Assembly: GCA_900617105.1 (NCBI GenBank)
Contig: UYFQ01000012.1
Location: forward strand, 1 to 64,000
Direction: 5' to 3'
DNA from: Hydrurus foetidus
Taxonomy: Eukaryota
Length of the DNA: 64,000 nt
The position numbers and the translations under genes are program-made. The notes beneath the pieces are model-generated. The model had not been told where the DNA came from and did not search any database. It saw only the letters and a program-made list of their open reading frames with translations. Below, piece by piece: positions 22,814-36,412 of this stretch. Positions within the stretch are counted from its first letter, which is position 1. Each line of letters opens with the position of its first letter.

Positions 22814-25800
22814 TCACAACAATTGAATAGTGTGCAGCACTTAAAGGAAAGGAGTTTGTAATAGCCCTACTGATATCGACAATTGCGTTTGGGTTGGTGC
22901 CGAGCAAGTGATCAACATAATAGTAAATGATAATGTCAGTAAATTGGTACGTGAAGAAATGACCACAGTGTGGCTGCTAATGATACGATTGCAAGTTTGA
23001 TGCAATACAGATAATAAGGTGCGAGTTAAGATTGTCAAATCAAATGTACCACTCTGAGTGTCTCGTTGGAATCTTTTCCTTCATGAAATATCTTATAATC
23101 CTTGCACAGAATAACCGTGAAAGATCCCTCTTTATTGGCCGATTTCCCTTATAGCGTACCGTGGAAAAAGAAGAAATCGATGTTGTATTAGAATAGGGTG
23201 GTGGAGTAAGTTAGTATGTGGCTGTTTTGAACTGAGAAGAAGAAGGGGAAGATAATTGATGGTTGGGATGATACGTATGAGATAGGAGTGAAGTACGCAT
23301 CTCTATAAGAGCAGTTTACGACAGAGCCTGATTGTTATCCGGATAGATGCTGATACGCAGCAATCATAATAATACTAATAATAATGATAAAACATCTGCA
23401 CAGCATACATCCCGAGTCACCTCAACACAACTTACATCCAGACAACGACACTCACACTCACACGCAAGCTAACAAGCATACCTTTTGGTCTGACATCTGT
23501 ACCAAATCCCACCACTAGATATTTTCCCTCGGGGGAGTAACAAATAGCTCTCGCTCCGATTTCAACGGGAATTGTTTTTAGGGGGGAACAATTTTTCGAA
23601 TCCCAAATACGCACCTAATACGGAATCAAAGTCCAGGGTCCGAAGAGGGGTTTGGGTCAGGAGGGTCGAGATTAGGTGATGGTGTGAGAGAGCACTTACA
23701 GTGAATGCATTCACTTGAAGTGTCAAGTTTGATTTTGGTGGAGACTTCAAATGCGAGGGAAGAAGTGTGGCTGATATAGAATGTAAGTATCTCTGATTCG
23801 ACATGATATTGTCTGACACGATATTATCCGATCTGTGGCACGCACCATTGCATCGTCTCCGCATGTTGCGAATTCCTCTCGTGTGGGGTGTGTGTCCAGT
23901 CCCCATAGGGATCGAACCCCGTGCCCCGAGAGCAACACCTGGCCCTTGCCCTTTAGGGATGCATCCGATATGCACACTGGATGGGACAAAAAACAGGGAA
24001 GGAATACATACAATTTTTGCTATAATTTTGGAGCGGGATCATATCATGAGATAAATTCGAACTACACAGCGCAGCACAGCACATCACATCGAATTACATC
24101 ACGTGCAGTAGAACACAGCGTAATACAGCACAATACAGTACTGTACAGAACAGAATACTAGAATGCAGGACAAAACAGTTCAGGATGGTGCAGTACACTA
24201 CGGTCCATTGCGAGACAAAGAATGATGTAGCAGCACATCCAAAGACATATCCTCTTAGAGTGTACACAAGACGTCTGTCACCCGCCACAAAAAGAAAAGA
24301 AAAAGAGAAGAGTTTCTTCCAATGAAGTTACAAGTACGCCCTTAAATCGACAAACCGAGGAGAAAGAAATGGAAGTAGAACAGAGATGAGAAGACAAGAG
24401 GTGCGTAACCGTATAGAAGAGTATTACTTGTTCTGCAGAGATTTCACTAACCTTCAAATACCTCTGCGCCTCTAGTGGCCACCACCACATCTCTTCCATC
24501 CCGACTGAAACACACACTACGCACCTGTCACGAGTAGTGTGTTAGTGATGAGATGTGATATGATGTGATGTGATACAATGAGTTTGAATGGCGGAGGGTT
24601 AAGTAAGGTGTGGTCGTGAGAAGTCTCGATGAGTGCGTAAGTCCGGATGAGAGTATTGGCGATAATAAAGGTGTCGCTCTTGAGGGGAAGAGAAGTTGTG
24701 ACAGAGGATAAAAAACAGCAGAGAAGTGGTGAAGCCGAAATGAGCGGTGACAAGGAGATTTAGAGGAGTAAGAGGCAGAGGCAGAGGAAAAGGCGGAGGT
24801 AGAGGCAGTGGTGCGGAGGTAGAGGCGGAGGTAGAGGCGGAGGTAGAGGCGGAGGTAGAGTAGGAGGCGGAGGCGGAGAGGAATTAGAAGAGAGGAAGCG
24901 TTTAATCGACCTAAGAAGTCAGCTGATCGATACATTCGGACTGACAAGCTATTCTGAAGCAAATCAATTGAAATGCATTCGGTTGCAGAGCACAGAAGGC
25001 CAGCTTAGAGTAGAGTGCAGAGGGGTGAATGCGCTGCATGGCAGTAATGCAAATAAGTTAAGAGGATTCACCTTGGAGCAGACTGTGTGGGGCAGTACGT
25101 CTCTGATGCTGATTTCCCTAGTAGGTTCGAAGGACCCGTTCCACACCCTGACCGTTCCGTCCGACCCTCCAGACACCAATAGAGACCCCTGTGCGTTGAA
25201 TAGCATTGTTGATCTAAGTGATTTATATAGTCACTTTAAATGGTCTCTTTGATAGTCTCTTCGATGATCATTTTCAATGTCAATATCAGCCACAGCAATG
25301 TGCATCCATCGTACGAGTTATAAACGATACCGTCTTCGAATGTTCATGAAATCTCTACGCATACCCTCTACACCGCTCTCATGGAAGTGACTAGACTGTA
25401 CATGCGTATCCTATTCTGTACGACAGGCCTCACCTCTTGGTTTACATCCATGCACGTTATGGCTCCGACATGGCCTCGCACAGACCTAATCAGAATAAAT
25501 AGATCGATTTCAATATCCTGAGATAAATGCAACATACAAACATGTTTTGACATCGGAAGATAGGGGAACAAACACATCACTTATCATCTCATGTGAGTAA
25601 TATCACAATAGAGCTAATATCACAATAGATAGAAGTAGAGCGCAAAATTTGAATAGTATGCGTAGTCAGATTGTGATGACCGGTTAATTGTTCTGATCGT
25701 GACTATTTTAGATATACTAGCACAGTGATGACGAAACTGGAACTGTGGTGCTGTACAGTAATGCACTTTATTGTATTGTATAATTTGTAATGTTGTGGTA

Positions 25801-28800
25801 CAGTACGGTACGGTATGGTATGGTACATTATGGCGTAGCTTAGTATAGTATTGGGTAGTAAATTGCGATCCAGTATGGCACAGCACATTGCTACACTCAT
25901 TGGTACAACACTCTCGGAATATATCGTGATCACATATGACCTGATTAGATTATCATCGTCAAATATGTAGAAGTTTCCATCTTCTGTGCTGACGACTGGA
26001 GAGGAGTTGAAGTACGCACAGCACGGAAAGCGCTGGGAAAGAGTTCCTAAGGATCCGAGAAGGGGTCGGGAGAAACTGAGAACAGCTGTTTGTACGCTGT
26101 GGAGAGAAGATGTGCGGAGAATGAGTGGATCAGATTTGATTTGATCAATAAGGATGAGGTGCTGAACGGTAAGAAGAGGCAGTCAGTAGATGATAGAGAT
26201 GAGATGGGGGTGGGGAAGGAGGAAAAGAGACGATGAGTATTAACAACTGATGAAAGAGGAGCTGACGGGGATCGGGGGAGAGTGAAGAGGAAGGGATGTA
26301 ATGAGAGGAGTTGACAGGTCCGGTGCGTTTGGATGTGAAAGTAAACAAGAGCAGAATCAAGTAGACAAGATCGAGTGAAGTGAAGTTACATGTTATTGGA
26401 TGATGTCCTGTGAGAAATGCAACAGGCATCATCAGATGAGAATGGAATGTAATGCAAGGGACTAGAGGGATACAGAACCCGAACACTGACATCTTGTTCC
26501 AGTGGACTTACTTGTTCCAGAATTTGATAGTTCTGTCTCCGCATGTGACAACTTTACTAGAGCATGGGGAGAAACACACGCTGAGTACGTTACACGTGTC
26601 TCCATATGCTCTTGCAATCAGACAGTCGCATCTCCAGTCATACACACTGACGTGACGTGATGTGACGTGATGTGATGTGATGTTTGTTATTAAGTGGAGG
26701 AATTTTAAGTTATTTTGTAAATAGCGTATATATCTAATCAATGCTGTAAATTTTGATGAAGAACTCATCGCAGATTGAAGTTCGGAGAGGGAGGTATGCA
26801 ATCTGTGAGATTTCCTGGATTTGACAAATTGTATGCTATGCTCTGCTCTGCTCTGCTCTGCTCTGCTATGATATGATATGGTACAGTATGCTATCCAAAA
26901 TTCTCACTGGATTTCATCGGATGATAGTTACACTCCAGTTCTCTTCAGGACTGTGGAAGACAGATGATGAAATGACTCATAGTGCGACCTGCAACATCAT
27001 GCAATCTCGAAAATATCGTACCCTACTGCACTGCACTGCGCTGTACTGTACAGTTATGTACGTACCTCAGAGTGTGCTGTTCATCCATACTGACTGCAGC
27101 CAAATAACGGTTATGCGGGGAAAACCGTAGAGCACAAATTCCATTTACGTGGATTTCTGTCAAAGACGTGATCACCTCGCATGTCCTCAAAACAAAACAA
27201 TATTGATGTCAAAATTGAAGTTAAAATGTTGGGGTCAATAGTTGAATTCAATGAATTGACGGCGAAGTTGAAATCGGATTCGATAAAATTGAAATTCAAT
27301 CCATTGAATTTATTCATGCTCACCTGGTGTTCCACACGGCCACAAACGGCTTCTCCCCTATCTGCCCTGTAGCTGCAAGACTGCCGTCTACTGTGCATGC
27401 GAAACTCGAAATGGCGTCCGTATGGTGCTGTGCGTGAAAGGGTAGGGAGGAAGGGGGAGAAGAGAGGGGAGAAGGGGGAGAGGAGAAGAGTGAAGAGGGA
27501 AATAAGAGAGGAGGGATGGAAATCGAGTCGGGGCGAGGTAAGTGAGTAAGTGGGTTGTTACAAAGAGAGCGTGTCGTATTGTATTACATCACATAATGAC
27601 ATGTCTTCTGCTCGAAGAGATGGCCAGCTCCTCGTTCGAACACATGCAATACGCCCCATGCAGTGCACAAAGTGCAGTACAGTGACTCATGAACTAGCTC
27701 TTTCCTCTAAACCGTGCTTATCTTCTCCATCCATCCGTAAAACAGTTCACAGATAGATGCGCATCTACAGACCATGACATCAATCAGAATGCACGTATGT
27801 AATGTGTTCTGACCATTTGAGTGAGTCACTGAAGTACGTACTTGAAAAAATGTCTGTGCTCTGGAAACCGTATTGATAGTAACGCAGAGCGCGGACAGCA
27901 CACACACCACGTTACCCTCCGCATTGTATCGCACACTGGTGGCATTTTAGATTGATGGGTGTATATAAGTACGTATGAGAAGGTGGATATTGATAGAGCT
28001 GCGTTAGACGTGTTGAGCAGAACTAATTTGCATGGCATTGAATATAATGGAATCCAAAGGAAGTACAAGCAAGGAAAGGAGGTGAAATAGAGATGTTTAT
28101 ATATTGCGAAAGGGTTGGGAAGTAGCTGGCACACAGCGCATGAAACGCACTCGCAGGCGAGACGAGAAGTCTCCCACTCAATAGTACATGCACTATTCCT
28201 TTCAATCCCCACTAATGATCAGGCAACCCTCACAGATAGACAGACGGGCAGATAGAGAGACAGGCAAACAGATAAACAGTTAGATTAGCCGACAGGTAGA
28301 CGATATTGCTGACTGATACACAGACAGACAGATAGATAGATAAACAGACGAGATACATACATAGACAGACGAATGGAGGGCATAGAGAGATAGTAAGGTA
28401 GGCTGATAGACAGATAGATGCATAGGTGTACAAACACATAGACATAGGCATACCTGTTTCTCACTTCCTCTGATCGATATCCGTACGCATATTCCAATCG
28501 CAGTGACGCATCAGGCACGTCATCGAAACGCACGCACGGAATGCTCGGCTCAACTATATTATCCTACGGCATATAGATAGGAAGGAGGTGCCATCGATTA
28601 AGGAGCTCAATGATAGATGATGTAAATCACAACCCCATTAATGCAGATTCGGTACAACACTCTGCGACACTATATTAAATCAAGAATGCAGTGCTACTTC
28701 TAGGCACTCATCTGACCAGTAGTCAGGAAGAAGGAACGAAGATAGAGTGCTGTTTGTACGCACCATCCACACACTGTTCTCAGGTGTCAGTGACAGTACG

Positions 28801-31800
28801 TTCTCCCTGTCCGTACTGTCGGTGTCACTGTACGTACGGTCTATTGAGTGCGTCAGAGTTGCGATGGAACTGGAACTCGACTTCAAGAATTCTTTTTTCA
28901 GTTCCATTCCGTCTCTGCATTCCACAGCGAAGTCTGAGACTGATTGGAGTGTAATAAGCAGGTACGATGATTAAAGATTACACAATAACATCCATTCGAA
29001 GAAGAATGAGGTGATGTGACAGTGGATTAGAAAGAAGAAAGGCATGTGAAGTTCAAATTAAAGGTGTCTCACCGCTGCTTTCCGCAGAAGTGATTTGTTT
29101 GGTGGGCTTCAAGCTCCTCTTCGCTTTGACTGCAACAGTAGCAAGGGGTGCTACACTTTCAATAGTATGCACTTTGTACGACCATTGAATGATACATCTG
29201 TCAGTCACACCCGATGATATCATTTTCCTTCCATCAAAACTCAACTTAACATGGCCTATTGAGCCTACATGTGCAGGATATCTGTGATGCAGTGCGTCAG
29301 TGCAGGGGTAGTTGTGCAACCGTATAGATCCGTACGATGTACCGCACACGAGGGTGTCTGCGTCATGCACAGGCAGGAACACATCCACAGCTGTCACCGC
29401 TTCACTCTGTGTATTGTTGCGATTGTATGTGCGTTAGTGAGAGTGTTAGTGAGTGAGTGAGTGACTATGTATATGGTATATGTGTGTGAACGTGCGTGCG
29501 GTATGGGGATTGAGGGGGGGAGCGAGGATATCGATGATGTGCTGCTAATAGTCAAATCATGCAGTATGTCAAAGGTACAGATATTTGAGGAAGGCACGTT
29601 GCAGCAGCAGTGCTGTATATTTAGGCTGAGAGCAGAGCATACAGGGCAATGACGCAACTTTCTCCCTCCCTCCCTCCCCCCTCCCTCCCTCCCTCCCTCC
29701 CTCCTTTTCTCACTCATTCACTGACTCACCTTGAACACACTGGCATGAATATCTCTCGTGTGCCATATGTAAGGACAAGTGGCTCTAGCCCACTCAACAT
29801 CTCTCATTGAAGAGAGGTTGGACTGAAGGGACGCGTCATCAGTGGACCATAGACCGAGGGCCCTGTCAATTGAGTTGCTCCTCATCCACTCCCCGTCTAG
29901 GGAGAAGTCCAAGTGCGTCACTGGTGACGTGTGAAGTGCGCACTTTCCTACAAATTCGTAGCTGTCTTGCACTGCATACAAGAAGATGCTACCGTCTTCA
30001 ACGCCAACGGCCAATGTATCCCCTAATGGAGAATATTGTAAAGCACACACAGCACTCACTGAATCTTTACCTTCAAATACCACACTGAAATCTATTTCAC
30101 TAATTACTAAAAACGACCCCATTTTTTCCCCAATTTCACCGTCAAGAATATTCGTGCTTTTTGTTTCGATACTGCCTCCTAAGCCAATGCAAATAAAATC
30201 CCCTAGAGGACTGTAGACTGCTGATCGTATTTCAGCATCAAAATTTCCAATTCTTAGAAGAGTGTGTGTGTTTGCATCCCAAATCCTAAGACGCATATCA
30301 TCCCCTGCTGTTAGAAATTCCCCCCTAGAGGGATGGGATGAGAGGGTTCGTATGTTTCCTGAGGAGTGACCAGATGAAATAGCCCCCCCTCTGACGTCAC
30401 TGCCATCAATTGTAGATATCTCATATATACTCCCTCCCTTTGTTCCGAACAGTATGATCTGTCCGTCTAAACTGCTGCACACACTACGTATTGACGGAAA
30501 TATTCCAAATCCGGATAAATCGAATGTCGCACTACATTCCAGATTTGAGGTCCAGAGTCTAATCCTCCTGTCCATGCCTCCACTGATAATCCCTTGGGAA
30601 ATACCGTATAAACAATTCACTGTGCCTGTGTGGGCTTGTAAATGACTCACACAATTTCGGTCTACCCATAGAGACAGTTTCCCTCCTGCACTGCTAGCTA
30701 CTGCACTATCCTGACTTGCACCATTCACAGCAACGACACATGTGATGGGCTGCTCTGGCGTGAAAGATGAATAGTTACCTTTCCTTTTCTCATACCCCTC
30801 AGCTGACTGTGTCCAGAAGAAAAGAAAAGTTTCGCCCCCAAGGGCTACAGTATTATCTTGCAAAAAAGCGAGACATAAACACTTTCCTCTATCAACTCTT
30901 GAAGTGAATAGTATGGTGTTATCTGCCCATCCATGCACTGATAGGGAGTGATTATTGTCATTTCCAACAGCAGCTAGAAACTTTCCGTCCATTGAGAACG
31001 CTACATAACTCACTCCATTTCGGTGAAAAGAGCTATCCAAAAATATTATTTCCCTGGTGTGTGTATGCCATACTATTATTCTGGGCTTAGGACCGATATC
31101 CCCTGTAGCACACAATTTCCCCTCAGGGTGCATTGTGAGGCAAATTATTTCGTCATTATGTCCCGTAAAAATCTTTTGTGTGTGTGCGGCAAAGTTGTAT
31201 ACGATAGCATATTTGCTGATATGATACACAACATTTCCTTCATAATCATACCGCACATTACTCCGTGATTTCTCTGATTGATAACCGTATATCCAATCCA
31301 CCGAAAGGGACCCATTTGGTGGCGTCAGTTTCACAGGAGCGTCATGATACTGCACAGGCGAAAGTTTCACAATTGCTGTCTGATACGGATATTCCTCCGT
31401 ATCTTTCTTAAGGACACTGAGAAGGCTCCATTCAGCTGCATTGAGTTCATCTGCACTTCTGATTTTATAATTGTTCTCTTCTTTGTAATCTATCTCTGAC
31501 TTTAACATTACAAATGCTGATTTCTTTTCTGTAACAGATACATATCAGTAGATTCTATTAAACTTTCAGCAGGTCCCACCATCACATCATTTACAGAAGC
31601 AAGAAGATACAGAATCATCTACAGAGTTCTAAGATATTGTTTCAAGACAATCCTTAGAAGGAGGATTTCAAAGGCTCTCACCTGTTGTGTTAAATACAGG
31701 ACTCCCAAAGAATGCAAACCAGCTGCGGACATCTGGATGTGAAGTCAAACTCTCAATAAGCGAGCTAACACGAATGCGGAGCACACTAGAGTCAGTGCTT

Positions 31801-32285
31801 TGCAGGCAATGTTGGAACAAAGTTGCCACCAAACGCTCGATATCACTCTCCTTCGGAGGTGATTGGTCAGCCAGCTTGCAGAGACCATTAGTAAGTGACT
31901 TAAATGCAAGAACGATTTCATCGATCGAGAGCGATTGGGTACCATCAAAGTCATAAATAGACAGAACAAATTCCAATATCTCTTGAATTTGCATGCCGGA
32001 GAGAGCAGCTATGGTTGACGCGAACTCTAATGCATCGATTAAACCATTCTTATCAGTGTCCATGACATAAAAAAAAGCTGCTGCTTTCTGAGATATTGAG
32101 GCACGGGAAATCTTCCATTCATCTTTAAGGATGCTGCAGATCTCAATAAAGTCTTCGAGGCTGATCCCGAATCCATCAGCTACATCATTGAAAGCGTGCC
32201 ACAGGTTTGCGATTGCTCGACGGGATAAGTTACAGAAAAAATCTGCGACTGGAAAGAGCGATGCGCGACCAATTTGCTGCCCCAT
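11753..32285 (-). CDS. EML5/EML6-like echinoderm microtubule-associated WD40 protein with N-terminal EF-hands; dozens of exons
   Basis: Start MGQQIG at 32285; EF-hand loops DTDKNGLIDALE and DFDGTQSLSIDE. Three HELP motifs: WIYGYQSEKSRSNVRY (~31280), EYAYGYRSEEVRN (~28470), HVHGARTDDARQSLRY (~19600). WD40 exons throughout. Last exon reads AFCSLPGVATHAHKLRFSLDGRHLLVLDSYTRSVIQYRYF* (stop 11753-11755). Confidence 0.9.
12784..12881. repeat. Intronic (GATGT)n microsatellite
   Basis: Direct reading. Confidence 0.95.
13119..13435. repeat. Intronic (GAGAT)n microsatellite, ~315 bp
   Basis: Direct reading; occasional CAGAT/GACAT variants. Confidence 0.95.
14155..14503. repeat. Intronic compound pentamer array TAGGA/TAGTA/TGGTA/TGGGA
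   Basis: Direct reading. Confidence 0.95.
15215..15455. mobile_element. MITE with ~95-bp imperfect terminal inverted repeats, TA-flanked (Tc1/mariner-like), intronic
   Basis: TATTACCAGAGCAGAATAAA...CACCCCACACGGCCCCACACCAT pairs with ATGGTGTGGGGCCGTGTGGGGTG...TTTATTCTGCGCTGGTAATA; non-coding. Confidence 0.8.
15968..16107. repeat. Intronic (AACAC)n microsatellite next to a splice donor
   Basis: Direct reading. Confidence 0.95.
17414..17465. repeat. (CA)n microsatellite
   Basis: Direct reading. Confidence 0.95.
18598..18661. repeat. Intronic (AGTGT)n microsatellite
   Basis: Direct reading. Confidence 0.95.
19015..19108. repeat. Intronic (ACATT)n/(ACATC)n microsatellite
   Basis: Direct reading. 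Confidence 0.92.
20698..20766. repeat. Intronic imperfect (AACAC)n microsatellite next to a splice donor
   Basis: Direct reading. Confidence 0.9.
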
Positions 32286-33448
32286 CAGAAGATTTCGGTG
32301 CAGCAATTACCGACTCGAACCACTCTGGTGATACCAGTCCATTCCTTGTTAGATACCGACGTCTTCGTACAGCAGTAACAGAACGAAACTCAACTGTTGA
32401 GAGTTCCCCGCACAGCAGATGAGCTCTCAGCTTTCTATGCGGTACGTACGTGTGGCAAGATAAACTGAAAAAGGAAAAAGGGCAGTATCCTTTCGGTGAA
32501 TTGGGAGTGCATCGCAGAAAAGCTATCCAGCCCGGTGATCCAGCCTCTTACGCTGTAGGGTCACCTTGGGGTAACAGTAGGCAAGGGCAGGGGATATATC
32601 AATAATGCTTGAAAAAAGGTGTTTCTATTCTCGCTCCCATTGCAACGCACTGTGCTGTAATAATTAAGAAACACTATGTACTGTCAGAAGTCCGCTGTGA
32701 CTTGATGAAGAAATTCAACAATGCTTGTTCTTGTTCTGCCGCATCAAAAAAATAAAGTAAAAGATCCTTTTACTCAGATTAGAAATTGGAAAAGAAATGC
32801 GTGTCAAAAAGAATACACTCCACTAGGGAAGTATGACAGTGTGTGACGACCGATTTATAATAAGGCAATAAATTCGAAATTCCATCCGCGGTGCTGATGT
32901 ATTATGTATTCATTGTTGGTGATCGATAAATTAAGTAGAGGATTGTATGATGCAAGGTAGCTACTGTTCGGTATGTACTGTACGTGTTGATAAAAGTAAT
33001 TGTTTTGCACGTGGTCAAAGGGCAACAAACTGCAAGTCTTGTGAATTCTTCATTGCAGCTATATGTAGAAGGATCCATTGGTTTTAATTCGCGTTAGCAA
33101 GTAAATAAGGTAAGTTTTCCGTGATAAAGAGAAAGATAGATTGATCCCTTTGTCCCCCTCACTTGATCTCCTCACAGAAATGCACACTGTTGTGAGTAGA
33201 AGTGGTAGTCATGTGGCAAAGTTTCCACATCTTTAACACCCTTCTCAGTGCAGTACATGACAGATAGGATAGACCTTACTGAAAGTATCGGACGTTGAAT
33301 AGCTTGGAACGTATTCATGAAAGGAAGGAAGTAAGTCTGGCAGTTGCGAAGAGCGCGACATCACCTTGTCGTGCCTTGCATTGTGTCTGTCTTATCTTGT
33401 CTCATTTCATGTTGTTCATATTGTCTTGTTCTGTCTGATGTACGGGAT

Positions 33449-36412
33449 TCAGTCACCGCTCTTGTGTGCATCAGCTGGAGAGACGACCTTATCTCCTGTG
33501 AGCAATCTGGATATCTGTTTGAAGAGCCGCCACCCAGTGCTGCCCCTGCACACCACCACCTCCGCCACCTCTCCAGTGCACTCCTCTCGGTCCTCATCAA
33601 GATCCCAAGTGGGTGCCGTGCTCTTCACACACTCCCCGACCTTCATCTTTGACTGGCTCAAGGACCCCCCTGTGAGTATGCGCGGTGAGGTGACGCTGAC
33701 CGCTTGCTCTCCTATAATCGACAATGCTGACTCCAGACTGGACGCTTCTCTGCGCATCTTCAGAATAGAAGAGAGCATAGTTGTCTCAACGGGTTTGGGA
33801 CAAAAAAAATGCATTCCGTTATCAAATGCTCTTCTCAACTCATCGTCACACGCACTTGCTGAGAGTCCGATTATCATGAGTTCCTTGTTAACCCACATGT
33901 CGTAGTTTGTGGTGGAGTTATCTCCAACTTGAATTGGACATTTCTCTGTACACCAGTCACGTAGTCTCTTTATGGCATCGGACCCAGTCATGACAGGCTG
34001 CAAATGTTTTCAAATAATGAGAGGGAATAAGTGACCAAAGTCGTGAGGTAAGTACTGCACTAGAAAATAAGATAGAAAAAATGATACTGACGGGGAGTTA
34101 ACATGATCGTACTGACCATTAAAAAATCCATGAAGCAGACGTCAAATTGATGTGTTTTGAGTAATTCCAATCCAATCTTGCCGTTACTGGCAAGTGTTAC
34201 CCTGTAGCCCTGACCGTTCAACCATTTGCCCATCATCTTTTGTTGCGGTATCGCATCTTCTACCAGAAGCACACTTAGACCTTTAAAATGACTTTCCGCT
34301 GTAATGCAACATGATATTATGATGTAAGCAGAGATCGGCAGAGAGAAAATACGATCGATCATAAGAGCAGTAGAAAAGAGACAAAAAATCTGATGCAGGT
34401 AAGGTGTGGAGACATACAGAGCAAGGCAAAGCAAGAAGAATGAGTAGGTCTTCCAATTATTAATCAATCAAATCTAAAGGTGGTGTATGATTTCGCACGT
34501 ACCCCCTTCTTTTTGTTGTTTAAGATCCGCATTCTTCACCGGAGGAGCAGGGCGGGTAGTTGCTCTAGGAATCATGACGGAAGTGGCCGAGGCCGAGCGC
34601 TGCCCACCCGTCTCAGAAGCCGTCTCCTTGGAGACCTCGTCAAGGGTGTGGCTCGTGTGGATCGGATGCTTGGTAGAAGGCTTGATAGGACCTCTATTGA
34701 GACAAGTCTTCTCATCAGCACGGTGTGGTGTACCTGTGATTGCGATGGTATCCGGAGTAGAGTCGTCAGTGGCGAAGGACATATGTGCTGTACGGCTAGA
34801 TGGGGCCTCCTTCACAGCTATGTGGGGCGGGTCCAGGGTCCGCATCAACTTTCCCATGGAGGACATTTCTTTGTCTCTTTCTGATACTATTATGGCACAG
34901 GGCATGGAGACCTTCATGGCTTGGTCGTAGGAGCTGCCGCTGTCCAGTGTGGTGCACTGCCCCTCCACGTCCTTCAACATCTGCTGCAGAGAATAGAAAC
35001 TAAGATAGCCTTGCGGAATGGTGCTCACACTAGGACTTACGTCTGTTACATCTCTCTTCTTGGATAGGTTGAAGTGTATTTCGAGCAGCCCTTGCAGCCA
35101 TGTGCTCTCTAAGTCGCAGATAGGCGCTTCGTCCAATTGCTGCACAATACAGTCGTACTCAGTATCTCCAGTATCCTTGAAAAATATGCGAACGTTAATT
35201 ATTTCGTATAACGGAGACAGCTGCTCGACTGTGTTTAATAGTACGAATGTGATGGCCTTGGGGGAGCACACGTGTCGGGACCCTCTGCAGAGCTCAGAAG
35301 AATCAACATCCCATGAAATATCAGCGAATAAAGCCAAGTACTCCAGTGTCGTCTCGCAGTCCTGAATGATGTCCAGAATGTTGGATGAAGTAAAAGAAGC
35401 CCATTCTTTCTCTTCGCTCTCGGCTTTTTCTACGACAAAGTCACCGAGGCAGATGCTTGACTCAATGATAACCTTTAGCTGACCTACTGCAGAGTTAAGG
35501 TTCGCCACTTTTTTGGTCATGTCACTATTGTCTGGTATGGTGACGTCATGTGATGATTTAAAAGGAACGCCAACTGTTCCTATTTCACATGTTTTAGATC
35601 CTGATGTCGTAGGACTTGATCGACTACGCGGCGAGGTTCCTTGATTACTGATGTCATCCAGTAGATTCTTTGTGGTAGCAGCGATCATCAGAAGAGGAGT
35701 ACGCACATTCCTCATCATATCATTCATCATCTTCGCACACTCTTTATTCGACCTGAGCGTAGCGTCCCTGCGCTCTCGAATGAGATTAGATATTGCAGCC
35801 CCAAGATCCAACAAATTCATTCTCTCCGTCTCCGTAAAACCAATGTGCGGCACTCTGTCGATGATGCAAAGACTTCCCACTTTTATGTCGTCAACAATAA
35901 GAGCAGCACCAGCATAGAATCTTATGAATGGATCGCCTTTGACGAGCGGATTATCCTTGAAGCGGTAATCGCGCAGGGCGTCTTCAATTACGAATACGTC
36001 TGGACTGTCTGGCAAGACGGTGTCTACACCCAAGGACAAAATTCAGGTGAATCTTTAGTAAATGCGATTTCGTCCGGCAGAACATTAATACGTGATACGT
36101 ACATGCGCAAAATGCTAAGTCTCTGTGCGTTTGAGAAACATGCTCAAGTCCAACGTTGGCCTTGAACCATTGACGATCTATATCAACGAGCGAGACAAGC
36201 GCTATTGGTACAGAAAACATACGACTCGCGAGAGTCGCAAATCTATCGAAGGACGGATCTGATGCATCAGAGTCTAATAACTCGGTTTGCCGTAGAGTGA
36301 AAATTCTCCAAGCTTCATTAATAGGTATGGGAACTTTCGACAACGTAAGCTTGCCAAGGTCTTCCTTAGTCAGACAGCCATACCCGTGGCTTTGGTTCGA
36401 TGCGGGATTCAT
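33449..36412 (-). CDS. GAF + degenerate histidine-kinase-like region + response-regulator receiver protein
   Basis: [34 protein letters not shown]...RFYAGAAL...VGSLCIID. HisKA-like MMRNVRTPL. Receiver: VLLVED...[15 protein letters not shown]...IIGLSA...FCPKP. Three GT-AG introns (36024-36102, ~34280-34500, ~34000-34115). Confidence 0.85.

Noticed and set aside
32478..32600. GC-richer segment with possible hairpins (GGTGATCC/GGGTCACC) upstream of the EML-like gene
   Set aside because: No recognisable snRNA, SRP, riboswitch or ribozyme motif; the adjacent pyrimidine tract + CAG fits a 5' UTR intron.
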